DNA of 64,000 nucleotides from Blasia pusilla. Taxonomy: Eukaryota. A program made the translations under genes and the position numbers. Positions 1 through 12,048 of the stretch are shown piece by piece. The notes under the pieces were generated by a model. The model was not told the DNA's origin. It worked only from the letters and a program-made list of their open reading frames with translations, and searched no databases. Location of the stretch: contig CM114271.1 of assembly GCA_050084515.1 (NCBI GenBank), positions 41,106,001-41,170,000 on the forward strand, in the 5' to 3' direction. Within the stretch, counting starts at the first letter, position 1; every line of letters begins with the position of its first letter.

Positions 1-186
1 GGATACCTTTGAGAGCTATGGTGTGAGATGGTGTAGAGAGAGATTGGATCTTACTTTAATTGGAGATATTTTAGTACTTCTTGTCTCGTTTTTTGGATGC
101 CATGAGTTAACATGGGATCATGCGTGCTTGTGTGTGTGTTCGGTGACAACGATGTATGTTGTGTAGCGATGTGTATACGTACGACA
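1..186 (+). repeat. 3' terminus (end of repeat A joined to repeat B, ending ...ACGACA) of a methyltransferase-family retroelement inserted into the RNase H of element A
   Basis: Bases 1-53 match the reverse complement of ~6777-6830, and 59-186 match 17436-17562. RNase H codons (HFKCYLFGTPFTII, minus strand) begin immediately after 186. Confidence 0.8.
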
Positions 187-189
187 ATG

Positions 190-870
190 ATGATGGTAAA
201 GGGGGTGCCAAATAAGTAACACTTGAAATGCGTGACAGCCCACACTACAGCCAAGCACTCATCCCAATGCCACTCGTGATCCACCTTGGTCAGCAGGGTT
301 AGCGACTTTGCAATCAAACAGAATCCCTTGACGTACCGCCGATAGAAGTTTGCCAATCCCATGAATGCGCGAACACGGTTCGCATCTGTAGGGCGTGGAA
401 TGCGTGAGATAACCTCTACCTTCGTTTGCTAAACACCAAGGCCCCTTGGGTATATCGTATGACCCAAGTACTCAATCTGGTCGTAGAAGAACTTGCACTT
501 GCTTGGATGTAGCTTCAACCCATGTAATTGCAATTGTCGAAACACCTCCTCTAGATGTTGCTCATGCTCCTAAACCGTGGCGCTAAAGACTACAATGTCA
601 TCAATATAACACTTAGCAAAATCCAGACCAGCCAAGATCCTATCCATGACCCTCTGAAATTCAGCCGAGGCGTTCTTTAACCAAAATGGTAAGAACCGCC
701 ACTGGTACAAACAATCCATCCCGTGAGGATTGATGCCCCAAAATGCCGTCTTCTTCGTGTCCTCCAATCTGGTAGGCAGTTGATGGTATCCGCCTCGCAA
801 ATCCAATGAACTGAAGACCTTTGCGTGACCAATCACATCAAAGATCTCCTTAGGGGTGGGCATGGCATAC
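190..870 (-). pseudogene. Reverse transcriptase / RNase H of element A (internal deletions, stops)
   Basis: MPTPKEIFD..FSSLDLRGGYHQL..KTAFW..LPFWLKNASAEFQRVMD..CYIDDIVVFS; GLANFYRRYVKGF; ECLAVVWAVTHF. Confidence 0.9.
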
Positions 871-1289
871 CTATCGGAGGAACTGATGTATCCGGTGCCG
901 CTCTCCTCCTGTCAACTTAGGGCCCATATCTGGCTCCCAAGTCTCCATCGTGACTACGGTAGGACTCTCTGGTGCGGGTATCGGTGGTTGATATGGTACA
1001 ACCCCGTCTCGAACAACAATACTGGTTGCTCTCCTACAGCCAACTGCAAACTCTGATCTCCTCCACGTGTAGTACCCTGAATCACGCTCGATGCTGTGGC
1101 TATCATCTCCTAGCGTACCTGCAAAACATCCCAAGAAGTCCAAGGGTGTCTCTTCCGATCTCCCATGGTGTGTAGATCTCCTCGGGTCTCGCCCCCAACC
1201 ACTACCTCTACCGTCTTTGTAGGCATGGGGCTCACCAACGCAACCGCTGTGATCTGTCGCGATCTCATATGGCGCTGCTCAACCACTCC

Positions 1290-2240
1290 TAAGCTGAGGA
1301 TCCATGTCAAGCAGTTCAGGTCCATCGCCTGACCCAAGACATGGCGTCATGATGCCTCTGACACTGACGGTACTGCCGTCACTCTTATGGGAAATCCCAT
1401 CGCTCGCTCTCTCTTGTCGGCATTGGGCTCCACCAACCACTGAACCTAGTCATCCCCAACCAAGCCAAGACCGGCCTCCTTGTATGCATAGGAAGCGGGA
1501 AAACTCACAAACGTGGGCAAGGTTGCCCGCGGCCTGCCTACCTTGTTGACCATAGTCAACGGTGGTCGATCATCGTGCCTCACTGCCTGTGATCGACAAT
1601 CAGGATCTAGAATGGAATCCACTAACAAATGGGAGGGGCACTCCACTCTCACATACGCCATTGGTAACACCGCATGGGGCACCAAGTTGGTTCACCATAG
1701 ACACGGGCGATGGGCTCTAGAACCTACACTCGCCGCATCCAAGAACACTGCTCGGCCAACCCAGGCACGCACCTGATGAGCACTCGTCACCACCCGTGAC
1801 CTCAAGTCTCCTAAGATTAGCACATTCTCCAGAATGTAAGATGGAGAACGAGACTGGTGCTCCTGCAACTGCCGTAAGACCCTCAACATCTCCCAAAACA
1901 ACCTGGACCGAGTGTCAGCTAGCCCATTGCCTCGTCCAACACTCGATTGGCCCTGACATGGTCAACCGGAGATGACCAAATCAATGGTCCTTACCCGCTC
2001 AAAGTCCTACATCACCAACAATAAAATATCCCTCGGTAGGGAACTCTAGTATCCCTGTACCGCAGACGCAAACAATAAGTTGGGAAAACGTAGGCGTAAC
2101 TGCGCCACATATTGTAGAGAGACGCACCTAGCAACATCATCACTCTCCACATACAGGTACTGCTGCACTCGCACTCCTGCGTGCAAAACAAAAACTAACC
2201 CGGTACTAATCCATCCAAAGAGATCTAACACTTGAATACC
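1290..2240 (-). pseudogene. C5 cytosine DNA methyltransferase domain (DNMT3/DRM-like) inside pol, between protease and RT
   Basis: Motifs occur in canonical order: I IQVLDLFGWISTG; II YLYVESD; IV DLVISG*PCQGQS (Pro-Cys at 1956-1961, read by hand); GLADTRSRLFWE; VI YILENV; VIII DAASVGSRAHRPCLW; IX RERAMGFP; X LGQAMDLNCL. Confidence 0.9.
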
Positions 2241-2650
2241 CTCCTCCGGGATACACCACACAATGGGTGTGGTGTCCAAGGATGTCATCATAGAACTCCC
2301 TGTTCCTCAGACTTGTCACGCTCCGGTGCAAATGCCTCGCTCCACGTGGTCTGCACGTGCTCATCTGCCAATCATCGAAGCTCCTCAATTGAGCCCCACA
2401 ACGGAAGCTCTCCTCCACGGAATGATGCGGCTACCATAACACTCCTCTCCATAGAAATATCAGGAACGGGAGTATCCTTTGCATGGACCTCAATCAAATC
2501 CCTAGGCCAAGTGATGGCACTGCTAAATGATGCTAAGGTCGCCACCTCTCTTGGTCGTTGCTCGATCACTGTACCTGTGAATCGAATGGGTAATGAGCTA
2601 AGGCGCCCATCACCTCGCTGCCAGCATGGTCTGTAGGATGTTGAATCCTC

Positions 2651-3073
2651 CTAGTAATCCAGGGAAAACCCCATCGGGTATAACACTGCTCCACCAACCA
2701 AGACGTTGTAGGACTCTACATCAGTCACTATCGCCTTAGCTTGCACCACGGACTCATCTGTAGGATGTCCCGGGCGAATCCTCACCACAACCTCCTTTTG
2801 GGTGATATGCTGTGTGGTACTCGCTCCACCCAAGGATGTCTATATACGCAATGGACAACGCTCCACATCGGCTCTCATCAAGCCCAATCCACTGAATGAC
2901 GCTTTCCCCAACATCAGGGGTTGCGCTCCTGAATCCAACAAGATGCGATGCAGACTAAAAGCTCTACCTTCGGGACTCACCAATTGGAAGACCTCTCCTC
3001 GGTTATCCGGAAACACAACACCAGAAGAAACCATGGCACGCTCTATCGCGGGTCTAGAGGGCATCTTCGCCAT
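2651..3073 (-). pseudogene. Retropepsin-like aspartic protease of element A
   Basis: RILLDSGAQPLMLG (DSG active site) followed by YNVLVGGAVL (flap/GxD-like region). Confidence 0.8.
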
Positions 3074-3399
3074 CCTAACAACCGCAACCTACCATGAATC
3101 TGACGTGGACGGCTCGAGCATCCGCTCCAAGGGCAGCTCCATCACCTCTAAACGTGATGCAGAAACTCCAACTCCACGCTCACATAGCGTAGTGGCCAGC
3201 GGAAAAGCCTTGGCGGGCGTACCTCCTAACGTCATAACATGGGAAGCACAAAATAAAGGAGTGTGGTACACAATGGTGGCCGCCCCCAACAAAGTGCTTG
3301 ACACATGCCTCTCTTGAGCATCAACAATAGGAGTCTTCGCACTCGCTTCTCCCATCGCCCTCCGTGCCTGCACACCAACAACATCACCAACTCTCTAGG

Positions 3400-4960
3400 A
3401 ACTCTGATCAGGACCCATCGATGGGGTCCTCATCGACTCGGACAACGAGAAAGACTGAGGAAGCCTAGTCTTTTGTGGCTTCTCCTCGCTGTGGATCCAA
3501 CTTTGCGGTTGCACCACGAGTCACAACTGCAACTACCTCCATCTGGGCAACCCCGCACATCCAACCATGATCCTCCATATCTCTGGCTGCTCCATATGAT
3601 GTCGATGCCACGGATCCAGCATCGGGTAATCCTAAATGCCATAGCGGAAATCTGATCCTGTAGCTGATGTTTCTTAGCAACCATCCTAGCCTCACGCTGG
3701 ACATCTCCCTCGACGCGTCTAGGTGGTAGGACTCTACCTCCTCCACGGGCAACTCCACCACCATGTCGGGCAACTCTAGCTCTTTTTCCCCCAACGGGAC
3801 CACTTGGTGCATGATCTCTAGGCCCACCCAGACTGGCTACCCGTTCTGGTGCCCTCTCCGGCCCTCCGTCCGGACGGAACTCTGGATGTAAATTGAAATA
3901 CCTGGTGCGTGCGTGACCATACCTCTGACAAAAGTCACACTGATAACCTCCTGGTGGAGCACCATCTCCTCCTCCATGCTAAGGCACACGTCCATGACCC
4001 TGACGAGTGCAATCGCGCTAATGATGGGCTCCACCACATGACCAACAAGTAATAGTAGGCGGCTATTGCAGAGCCGCATATGAAGGTGCAGGTCTTTGTG
4101 GTACTGCCTCCCGGTATCCTCCCTAAGCTCGTGGTGCCACAGTCGACCTATCTTGGAGTCCACGTTGCTGCACAGGTGGTGGAGCCAATCGTGACTACTC
4201 TCGCCCAGAACCCATGGTGGCTACGCTCTCCTCCGCCATGTTGTGCTCAATGTTCTCGGCGGTCCTAAAAACATCTCTCAAGTAGGGGAGGTGTTCATAA
4301 GAAGCACCCCTCCCGCACCCATGTCCGCAGGGTCCGGTCCAACATCGTGTACCATGATTGGATAGCGTGAGCTTCTGTCACCCCTTGAGTGACGTTGATC
4401 AACCGATGCAAGGGAGTGTAAGCCTCACGTAAACTCTCACCCGGGCGCCTATGGAAGTCGTGGACGCTTCGCAACTTCTCTGTCCGTACCCCTTGGTAGC
4501 TGGACCTCAACTCAACAAAGAATCAACCACGGGGTTGAACTTGGTACAAATCCGACTAGATGGTGCAACTGCTCTACTGCGAGTGACCCCTCCTAAAACA
4601 TCACTAGTGGAAGAGGAAGTAGCCTCTCCTCACTCCTCCTCCTTATCAAGGAACGGCTCCGTCCATGACACATAGTGTGGGTCATAGTGGAGTCCCCATG
4701 CCTCAATCTCCTGGGCATATCTGTGGGAGAACTCATAGTAATCGTCCATGGGCGCCCCCTATAAATGCTACAACATACCGTTCCATGCTGTAAACAGATT
4801 GAACTCTGTAGACTTCCTGGCTCGCTGGGAGTCACACAAACTCCCAAACTCTGCTATGAAATCATGCAACTCAATCGTGCCTACTGCACCTGAAAACCTA
4901 CGCGATCCTCTGCCCCGGTCGTCCATTTCGTATGCCCAACTGGTAGGACCAGTCACAATG
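3400..4960 (-). pseudogene. gag of element A with two zinc-knuckle remnants
   Basis: RRFSGAVGTIELHDFIAEF and RRPGESLREAY (gag MHR-like). Hand translation of ~3900-4050 gives CWSCGGAHH*RDC and CDFCQRYGH. Confidence 0.75.
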
Positions 4961-6776
4961 TGTGGTGATGTGGTGGTCCCTCACGTGGAGACCCTTGGAA
5001 CCTCGCGCCACTCTGCGTAAAACCCCTAGAGCTACTCTCAGGTTCACCACCTCGCCTCTCAAAGTCTCGAACGGACGCCGTGATGACCCTCGTGCCCCTC
5101 TCACCTGATTACTCTCAACCTTGTGAGTAATCCCTTAATCAGTCATCCCAAACATGCGGCACTCGATCTACACTGTCCCTCCCGGATATGTGTAACTTGC
5201 GGCAACATGCGGCGTGGTGTGGCAAATCGACAAGGCTATCATCTCATCAACAACCTACCCTCAACTCCGGACATCCCACACTGGTCTATGTCCCCTAAAC
5301 CACATATATGAATGATGCTCTCAGCATCCACACAACCCAATATCCCCAAATAAACTACCAAAATCCCAGAATCCCTCACACGTGCAGGGTAAAGAACCAG
5401 AATGGGTAACCTGAACACATGTCGATGTCGCTCCTCAGCAACTACAAATCTCGACCCTAACTCGGTCGTGAAGACAACTCCTCCAATCAACAAGTCGTAC
5501 TCCTCTCATACTGTCGCTGCTCAACCTCCTCGATCTGCGGTGCAGGTCGAGCAATTTAGTGTGGCACGGGCGGCACGGAACAACTACAAACAATACGATA
5601 CTTGGAAATGGGGTGCGGAACTTGCCGGCATACCCTCCTCAATCAACAATTCACACGCTCTGCTCCTTAGTGAAGGAGTGGTTCCGCGATCGAGATAGTG
5701 CGGTGCGGCCACGAGCGGCACGACGCAGCAATCGGCGGCGCGTTGCCGCTACGGGCATTATGGCATGGTACTTGATCGTCATCGAGCAGCTACCAATCCC
5801 AACATATCAACATGAAATGAAAACTCAAACACCATAACCCGAGATCACCTGCCATCACTGGTTAGAGACGAAATTGCGATGACGGTGGCGGCCAAACCAA
5901 AGTACGTGGTGGCGGCATAAGTCACATAATCTACGATGGACGTGGAAGACCCTCCACTCCATAATGGCGGCAATGGAAACCAAAGGGTGGACAATGGCCG
6001 AATGCGGCTATGAGCAGCGCTAGGCAACAACAATGGCCGACCGTGGATAGTGAACGGTGGACGGTTAACGGTGACGGTTGATCGTTGCTGGTGACGACGG
6101 ACCGTTGATGGTGATGGTTGACCATCGATGGTGATAGTTGACCGTTGACCATTGACCATTGACGGCGGACCATTGATGGTGACTCTGATGGCGGCGACGC
6201 CGCCGCCAGCCCGGCGGCTGGTTTAGGGTTTGAAGAATTTAACCCTAAACATCGCCTAACAATGGTAGTTTCGCAAGATTGACTATAACATTTTGCTCGC
6301 AATTCCAAATTGCACACCATTTATTGCACAGCCTGCACAACTTGAGGATCTACAAGAGCATCAAAAAATATTTGTAATCTAACATTCCAGTAAAAACTCA
6401 CCGGGACTGTCGTAAACCCAAATGTCTCTTTCTCATACACATAATTTGGTAGCGCTTCCGCGTTGATTTCTCCCAAAAAAACTGTAAAACATGTGAGAAC
6501 ATAAATCAGCAAGCTACATGGTGCTCCTGAGAGCACGGGTATGGGGAAACCCACCTCCATACTCAATCCCTATCAAAAATTGGGCAGCGCTTCCATGCGC
6601 CACTCTTCCACACGAAAAATCGGCAAAAGAAACATCACAAGTAAGCAGCTCCTGCTCCGGTGAGCACTCCCATGAACCGCTAAATGGGGAATATGATCCC
6701 CAGCCTGCAAAACTAGTGAGTGATCAGTGAGCTCCCCCATGAAGCTCTCTCACTCACTCATTCTCTCTTTGTATAA

Positions 6777-7275
6777 TAAGATCCAATCTCTCTCTATACC
6801 ATCTCACACCATAGCTCTCAAAGGTGTGCACTCTCTCTCATGTCAAACCAAACCCACTCTCCTAATGAGAGGCTTAGGTTACACTCACAAGGCAAGGGAC
6901 CATAGTTCTTATGCCAAGAGGTTCAACAAAGATAGAATGAGCTCTCAAGCTCTCTATCTTGGACGTATACCCCCTTCCCTATCCCAAGCCCTCTCAACGG
7001 TAACCTATGCTCGTAGGTCACCTCCTGGCTCTTGACCTACTGTAGCGGGTCAAGGCCACTTCCCAAAGTGGAAAGTCAACTATCTCCAACATGGAAACTT
7101 ACCCTAAATAGTAAGTTTATCTATATGGCTCCAAATGAGCCGAAACGAAGGGGAAACGTGCTCTATCAAGTTTCCCGGAGCCTCAACAGGTCATCATCAA
7201 CGTCCTGGGCATGTCCTCCACTACTTGTGCACACACTCTGCTAGATCCCACTAATCTACACTAACAATCGTAACA
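6777..7275 (-). repeat. 5' terminal repeat A (subfamily 1) of element A
   Basis: Begins TG and is homologous to 1-53 and ~53060-53460. It is followed by unique leader sequence rather than repeat B or a recognisable PBS. Confidence 0.8.
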
Positions 7276-8875
7276 GTCTTCAGTTTGTTGGATCTTCAAG
7301 CCAAATACCATCAGCTGCCTATCAGATTGGAGGACAAGTACAAGACGGCATTTTGGGGCATCAATCCTCACGGGAAGGATCGCTTGTACCAGTGGCGGTT
7401 CTTACTATTTGGGTTAAAGAACACCTAGATAAGTTTCAGACGGTCATGAATATGATCTTGGCAGGTCTGGATTTTGCTAGGTGTTATATTGATGACATCG
7501 TAGTCTTTATTGCCACGGTTGAGGAGGTGTTTTGACGATTGTAGTAACATGGGTTGAAGCTACATCTAGGCAAGTGCAAGTTCTTCTACGACCAGATTGA
7601 GTAACTGGGTCATACCATATACCCAGGTGGCCTTGGTGTGCAGTAGACAAAGATAGAGGCTATGTCATGCATTCCACGTCATACAGATGTGAGTCGAGTT
7701 CGTGCATTCATGGGATTGGCGCACTTCTATCGAAGGAATGTCAAGGGTTTCAGTTTGATTGCTAAGTCGTTGACCTTGCTGACCAAGGTGGATTAGGAGT
7801 CGTACCGGGGGATGAGCATTTTAGCTGCTCAAGGACCGATTGACGTCCGCGCCCATATTGAGGAGACCGATCAGTCCTCTCTAGATGCATGTCGTTTGGA
7901 GCATGTTGGGGCTTGGAGCCGTGCTCACCCAACATGACAATGAGGGTAGAGAGTTCATGGTGGCTTACGCTAGTTGCTCGAAAAACGTTGCGGAGGTGAA
8001 GTATAGCTTGTATGAGGGTGAGTGCTTGGATGTAGTGTGGGCTGTCATGCATTTCAAGTCTTATTTATTAGGAAACTCCTTTAGCATTATTACTGATCAT
8101 GAGCCACTTAAATGGTTGATTGAGTCCGACAAGCTTATAGGAAAGCTTACGAGGTGGGCTCTTTTGTTGAAGGAGTATGACTTCTAGGTGGTACATAGAC
8201 CTGGGACGCTCAACCAAGATGCAGATGGTTTGAGACGTAACCCATACCATAGTCAGCAAGATGAGATTGGAGCTTATTGGCATGAAGAGTGTGATGAGGA
8301 GTTGGTGCCAGGATGGCACGTGTGAGCCTATCGGGGCTTGTTGGCTATGGAGAGCTAGATTATCGAGACTTTGATGATGAGGTCTGATGGAGAGTCCTTA
8401 GATCCAAAGGTCGATGAGGAGATGACCGGTGGCCGAGATATTCACGATGATGGAGTAGTCTTGGAGTACCTGCGTAGTGCTAGCGTCGCGAGCACAGTGG
8501 ATGCTAGAGAGGAGGATTGGATCCTACAGTGACCAGACGGTTCCGGTGGGAGGGGACATATATGTTGCGAGTTTGGGAGGATGATAGAGTACGTGTAGTG
8601 CCTCATCCTTCTCACAGGGCGCGTTTGGTGCGTCATGCCCACAAGAGTTGGATCATTTTGGAGTGAAGCGGGCGTATAGCTTGCTCCAGGTATAGTATTG
8701 GTGGCAAGGCATGTAGACTGATGTTCAACAGTTTTTTGCCAGGTGCATGGTGTGTGATCGGGTCCGGGCATCATTCAATGCTCTGACTCCACAGTTGCAT
8801 CCACTTCCGATCATGGGTTTAGGTTATAGATGGATTTTGGATTTTGTAGGACCTTTACCTTTGATGGAGCTCCAT

Positions 8876-9874
8876 TGTCGCGCCCCTACTCTCCTTGAAC
8901 GTTAGTCTTTATTGTTGCGGAAGCGTACGTTCAATAGGACACGATCTCATCGCCGATTTGCACCCAAACACGCACTCTCGTTAGTCGGGTCTGGGCCAAC
9001 CAGCGTTCCAACCCACAGAGTTCTCAACTCGGCGTCTCATCAAGCTCAACCTTCCTTACTTCCTAGTTTCCAAAACATGGCAAGTTCTTCAAGACTTGGA
9101 ACAGACTTCTTGATTAGTCCAGGAATCTAAAATGGCACTTGCGTGCCTAGCGATCCCAATTGTTCAACGGATCTCGTGTGAGTTCCAAACCGAGACCCAA
9201 GTAATTGAGTTGCAGGGTGAAATCCAAGAGGGATGTCTAAAATTGCCTCCATAGACTTGGTTCAGGTTTTCCAACCCAACCCAAAACTCTCGGTCCATTC
9301 CATGCCCTTGAGCCGCCCCATGGCGCCCAAAGTGGGGTTCGAGTTCCAAGCACTCTCGGAGACCTTCCCCCTTACTAGTACTTTTGGGGTTCTCCAAACC
9401 CCCCCGTTTGGCAAAGGAGGGTCGGGCCCTTCGTGTGGCCCTCAACCCAACTCTACTAACAGTCATTTCCGGGTTTTTTCTCAGCCTCTGATTATGCGTT
9501 TGCAAAGATCTTTAGTGTGTTTGAACCGTCTTTCCATAAGTCTTCCAACGCACCCTTGTTTGATCCAAACGAATCTTGGCGCTAAAAGTTATGGCCATAA
9601 ATACAGTCGGAAACTCTCAAACGCTAATGGCGTTCCAAATCCGGATTCTTCCTTTGGCAACCCACTTCCTAGACTCAACTCCTTTCAAGTGTTGTTCCGC
9701 GTTTGGTCCAGGTTTCTCAATTGTAACCATAACATCTGAAACGCGAAGCCTTGCTTGTGTCTAGTCTCTTGTCTCTTCTTCGAGACCACTCCAACGCGTA
9801 GACCATCTTAGCGTGAGTGCGCTAATGTTCCGATGTTCCGCTTTGGCACTCGTTTGGTCATGAGGGTCGCGACA
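8876..9874 (-). repeat. 3' LTR of chromovirus
   Basis: TGTCGCG...CGCGACA, near-identical to 15241-16246. The adjacent purine tract (minus strand AAAGAGGGGTGAG) is at 9875-9887. Confidence 0.97.
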
Positions 9875-10563
9875 CTCACCCCTCTTTAGAGGTTGATGCC
9901 CTCATCAACGCAAACCTTTGTTATGTCAAGTCTCCTAGGTAGCCTACTCCTTGTCATTGAATTGCGTTCTGGTGGCTAATCCGCAATTCCTCTTAGTCTA
10001 TAGTTGTCGCTTTGCACCACTTAGAATTATTAGCCTCTCCTCTTTGGTAAGCCTGGACTGGTTCCAAAGAACTAAGCTATCAAATAAGCTAACTAAGCGT
10101 GCAACCTTAGACTCTTCTCGCTCACTCTTGTAAACATGACACCTGTTTACCTGGTCTACAAATCGTACTATTATTGCATCGCTCTCGCATTCGACTTGGG
10201 CGCGTCACTAATTTTACTTATGTAGCCACAAGTAAGATCACCCCAAGCCCCAAGATAGATTCATCTGCCCCGCCGACGCTAGGGCGAGCCCGAGTGTAAT
10301 CCAACACAAGGTCCTGTTCTAGGTGCTTATCCACATACAAGCTCTCACCTCAAATACTCCTTGTCTGTCCTCTTGACTTACATCCTAAGCTTATGATGAA
10401 CGACTCTTAGCCATGCACTACCACATAAAAATTGCAATCAACTCTGGCATCGAATCTCCAAATCCATACACTCCTTTATTGCAACACTAGCATATTCTAG
10501 TTATAACGGCCTTCGGCCGAAGATTCCAATGGGTACAAGTCATGTCTCTAGCTTCTCTTCGTA

Positions 10564-11995
10564 CTAACGTATCTGCTTCACTTGCGTTTGCTTGAAGTCT
10601 TGCAACAACTCTTGCGCATGTTCCAAATCCGCCTCCGCAATCCAAGTTGCCTCCTTCATATTGTAGCCCTTCCATTTAACCAAGTATTTGTACTTGTTGG
10701 CCCGACGCCTCGAACGTAAGATGGTCTCCATCTCAAACTCTGGCTCTTCATTTATGATCACCGAGTGCGGTCTCACCACATGTCTCCGCTCAAAACGTCC
10801 ATTATCTTGAAGATATTTCTTCAACAATGACACATGAAAGGTCGGGTGAATCTTGAACTCGTTCGACAGCCCCAATGTATACACATCCTCAAACGGGTTT
10901 GCCACAATCACATACGGTCCAACATACTTGGCAGACAACTTCGCAGAAAACTCTTTCGGAAAAGTGTGATTCTTCACACTCAACCACACTTGCTCTCCAA
11001 CTTGGAATTGTACTTGGCGCCGACTCTTGTTAGCATGCTTAACGTACCTCATTTGAACCTTTGCAAGACTTCGCCTTGCTCGCTCTTCCCGTTCTCGCAT
11101 TTCTACCAACAAACCTTCTGCCGTCGCTTGTCGTGTTCGTGCTAATGTAGTACCCTTCGGAAGGGCTAGGTCAAGAGGCCCTTCTGGCTTTCGTCCATTT
11201 TCCAGGAGAAAGGGAGATTCTCCAATTGCAGAATGCTTGGTCGAGTTGTAGCAGTACTCCGCCATGCTCAACCACTTGACCCAATCTTGTTGATCAGCAC
11301 TGACATAATTCCTTAAGCATTGATTCACGATTGAGTTTACCTTCTCAGTCTGTCCATCCGTCTGTGGGTGGAAAGTCGTATTGAAACTCAACTTGGTCTT
11401 AAACCTCCTGAACAAGTGCTTCCAAAAAGCATTGGTAAACTTTGGATCCCGATCTGAAACAATGCTCCTCGGAAAACCATGAGCACGCCACCAGTTATCC
11501 AGAAATAGTTGCGACGTCGTATAAGCCGTTGTGGAATCCACAGTCGACACGAACCTGGCCAACTTGCTAAACCGATCAACAATCACAAGTACAACGTTGT
11601 ATCCCTAGATTCCGGAAGACTCGTGATGAAATCCATACTCACACTTTGCAAGGGTACTTCTGAGATCGGCAAGGGATGCAGCAAGCCTTGTTTCTTATCA
11701 TAAGAAACTTTATTCGATTGGCAGGTCACACAGGTCTTCACATATTGAGCAACATCCTCTTTCATGTTGGGCCAAAAAACCGCTTCGACAGAACAGCCAA
11801 CCTAGATTTCTCTCCTTTATGTCCTGCCAAGGGTCCGTCGTGACACTCCGCTAACACTTTGGTTCGCATCCTGCCTTGCCCCACATAGATCCTACTCTGC
11901 TTGAACCTTAGTAAACCGTGCCTCAAACTTATGTAGGCCACCTTCTCACCCTGCTTCAACTTCCTCAGGTACTCCCATGTGTGAGCGTCCTTCAT
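10564..11995 (-). pseudogene. Integrase with GPY/F motif and C-terminal chromodomain (frameshifted)
   Basis: HDGPLAGH..CVTC zinc finger, SMDFITSLP, IVSDRDPKF, HPQTDGQTE, KYVGPY, HPTFHVSLLK; chromodomain FEMETILRSRR..KYLVKWKGY..EATW. Confidence 0.95.
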
Positions 11996-12048
11996 ATATC
12001 CTTAACGAATCCTTCTTTCTAGGTCTGTTTCTTTAGGGAACATTGCTC

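Larger units (their letters stand above)
187..7275 (-). mobile_element. Element A: degenerate Ty3/Gypsy-like retrotransposon (gag-PR-C5 MTase-RT-RNaseH), interrupted at its 3' side
   Basis: Starts TGTTACG at 7275. It carries gag fragments (3400-4960), protease LLDSGAQPLMLG (2840-3073), MTase motifs (1290-2240), RT with YIDD (570-863) and RNase H (190-360). It interrupts the RT of element B. Confidence 0.9.

Noticed and set aside
1290-2240. Host DRM/DNMT3 gene or bacterial restriction-modification contamination
   Set aside because: The domain is intronless, embedded between protease and RT at the same position in three copies, and decays along with the element.
6040-6250. Short GACC(A/G)TT-type tandem repeats and inverted telomere-like TTAGGGTTT/AACCCTAAA in the leader of element A
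   Set aside because: Short and degenerate. Telobox-like motifs are common in plant DNA and there is no evidence of function.
8912-9764. ORFs inside the chromovirus LTRs (also 15070-16111)
   Set aside because: They lie within LTRs, their frames differ between the two copies, and they have no motifs.
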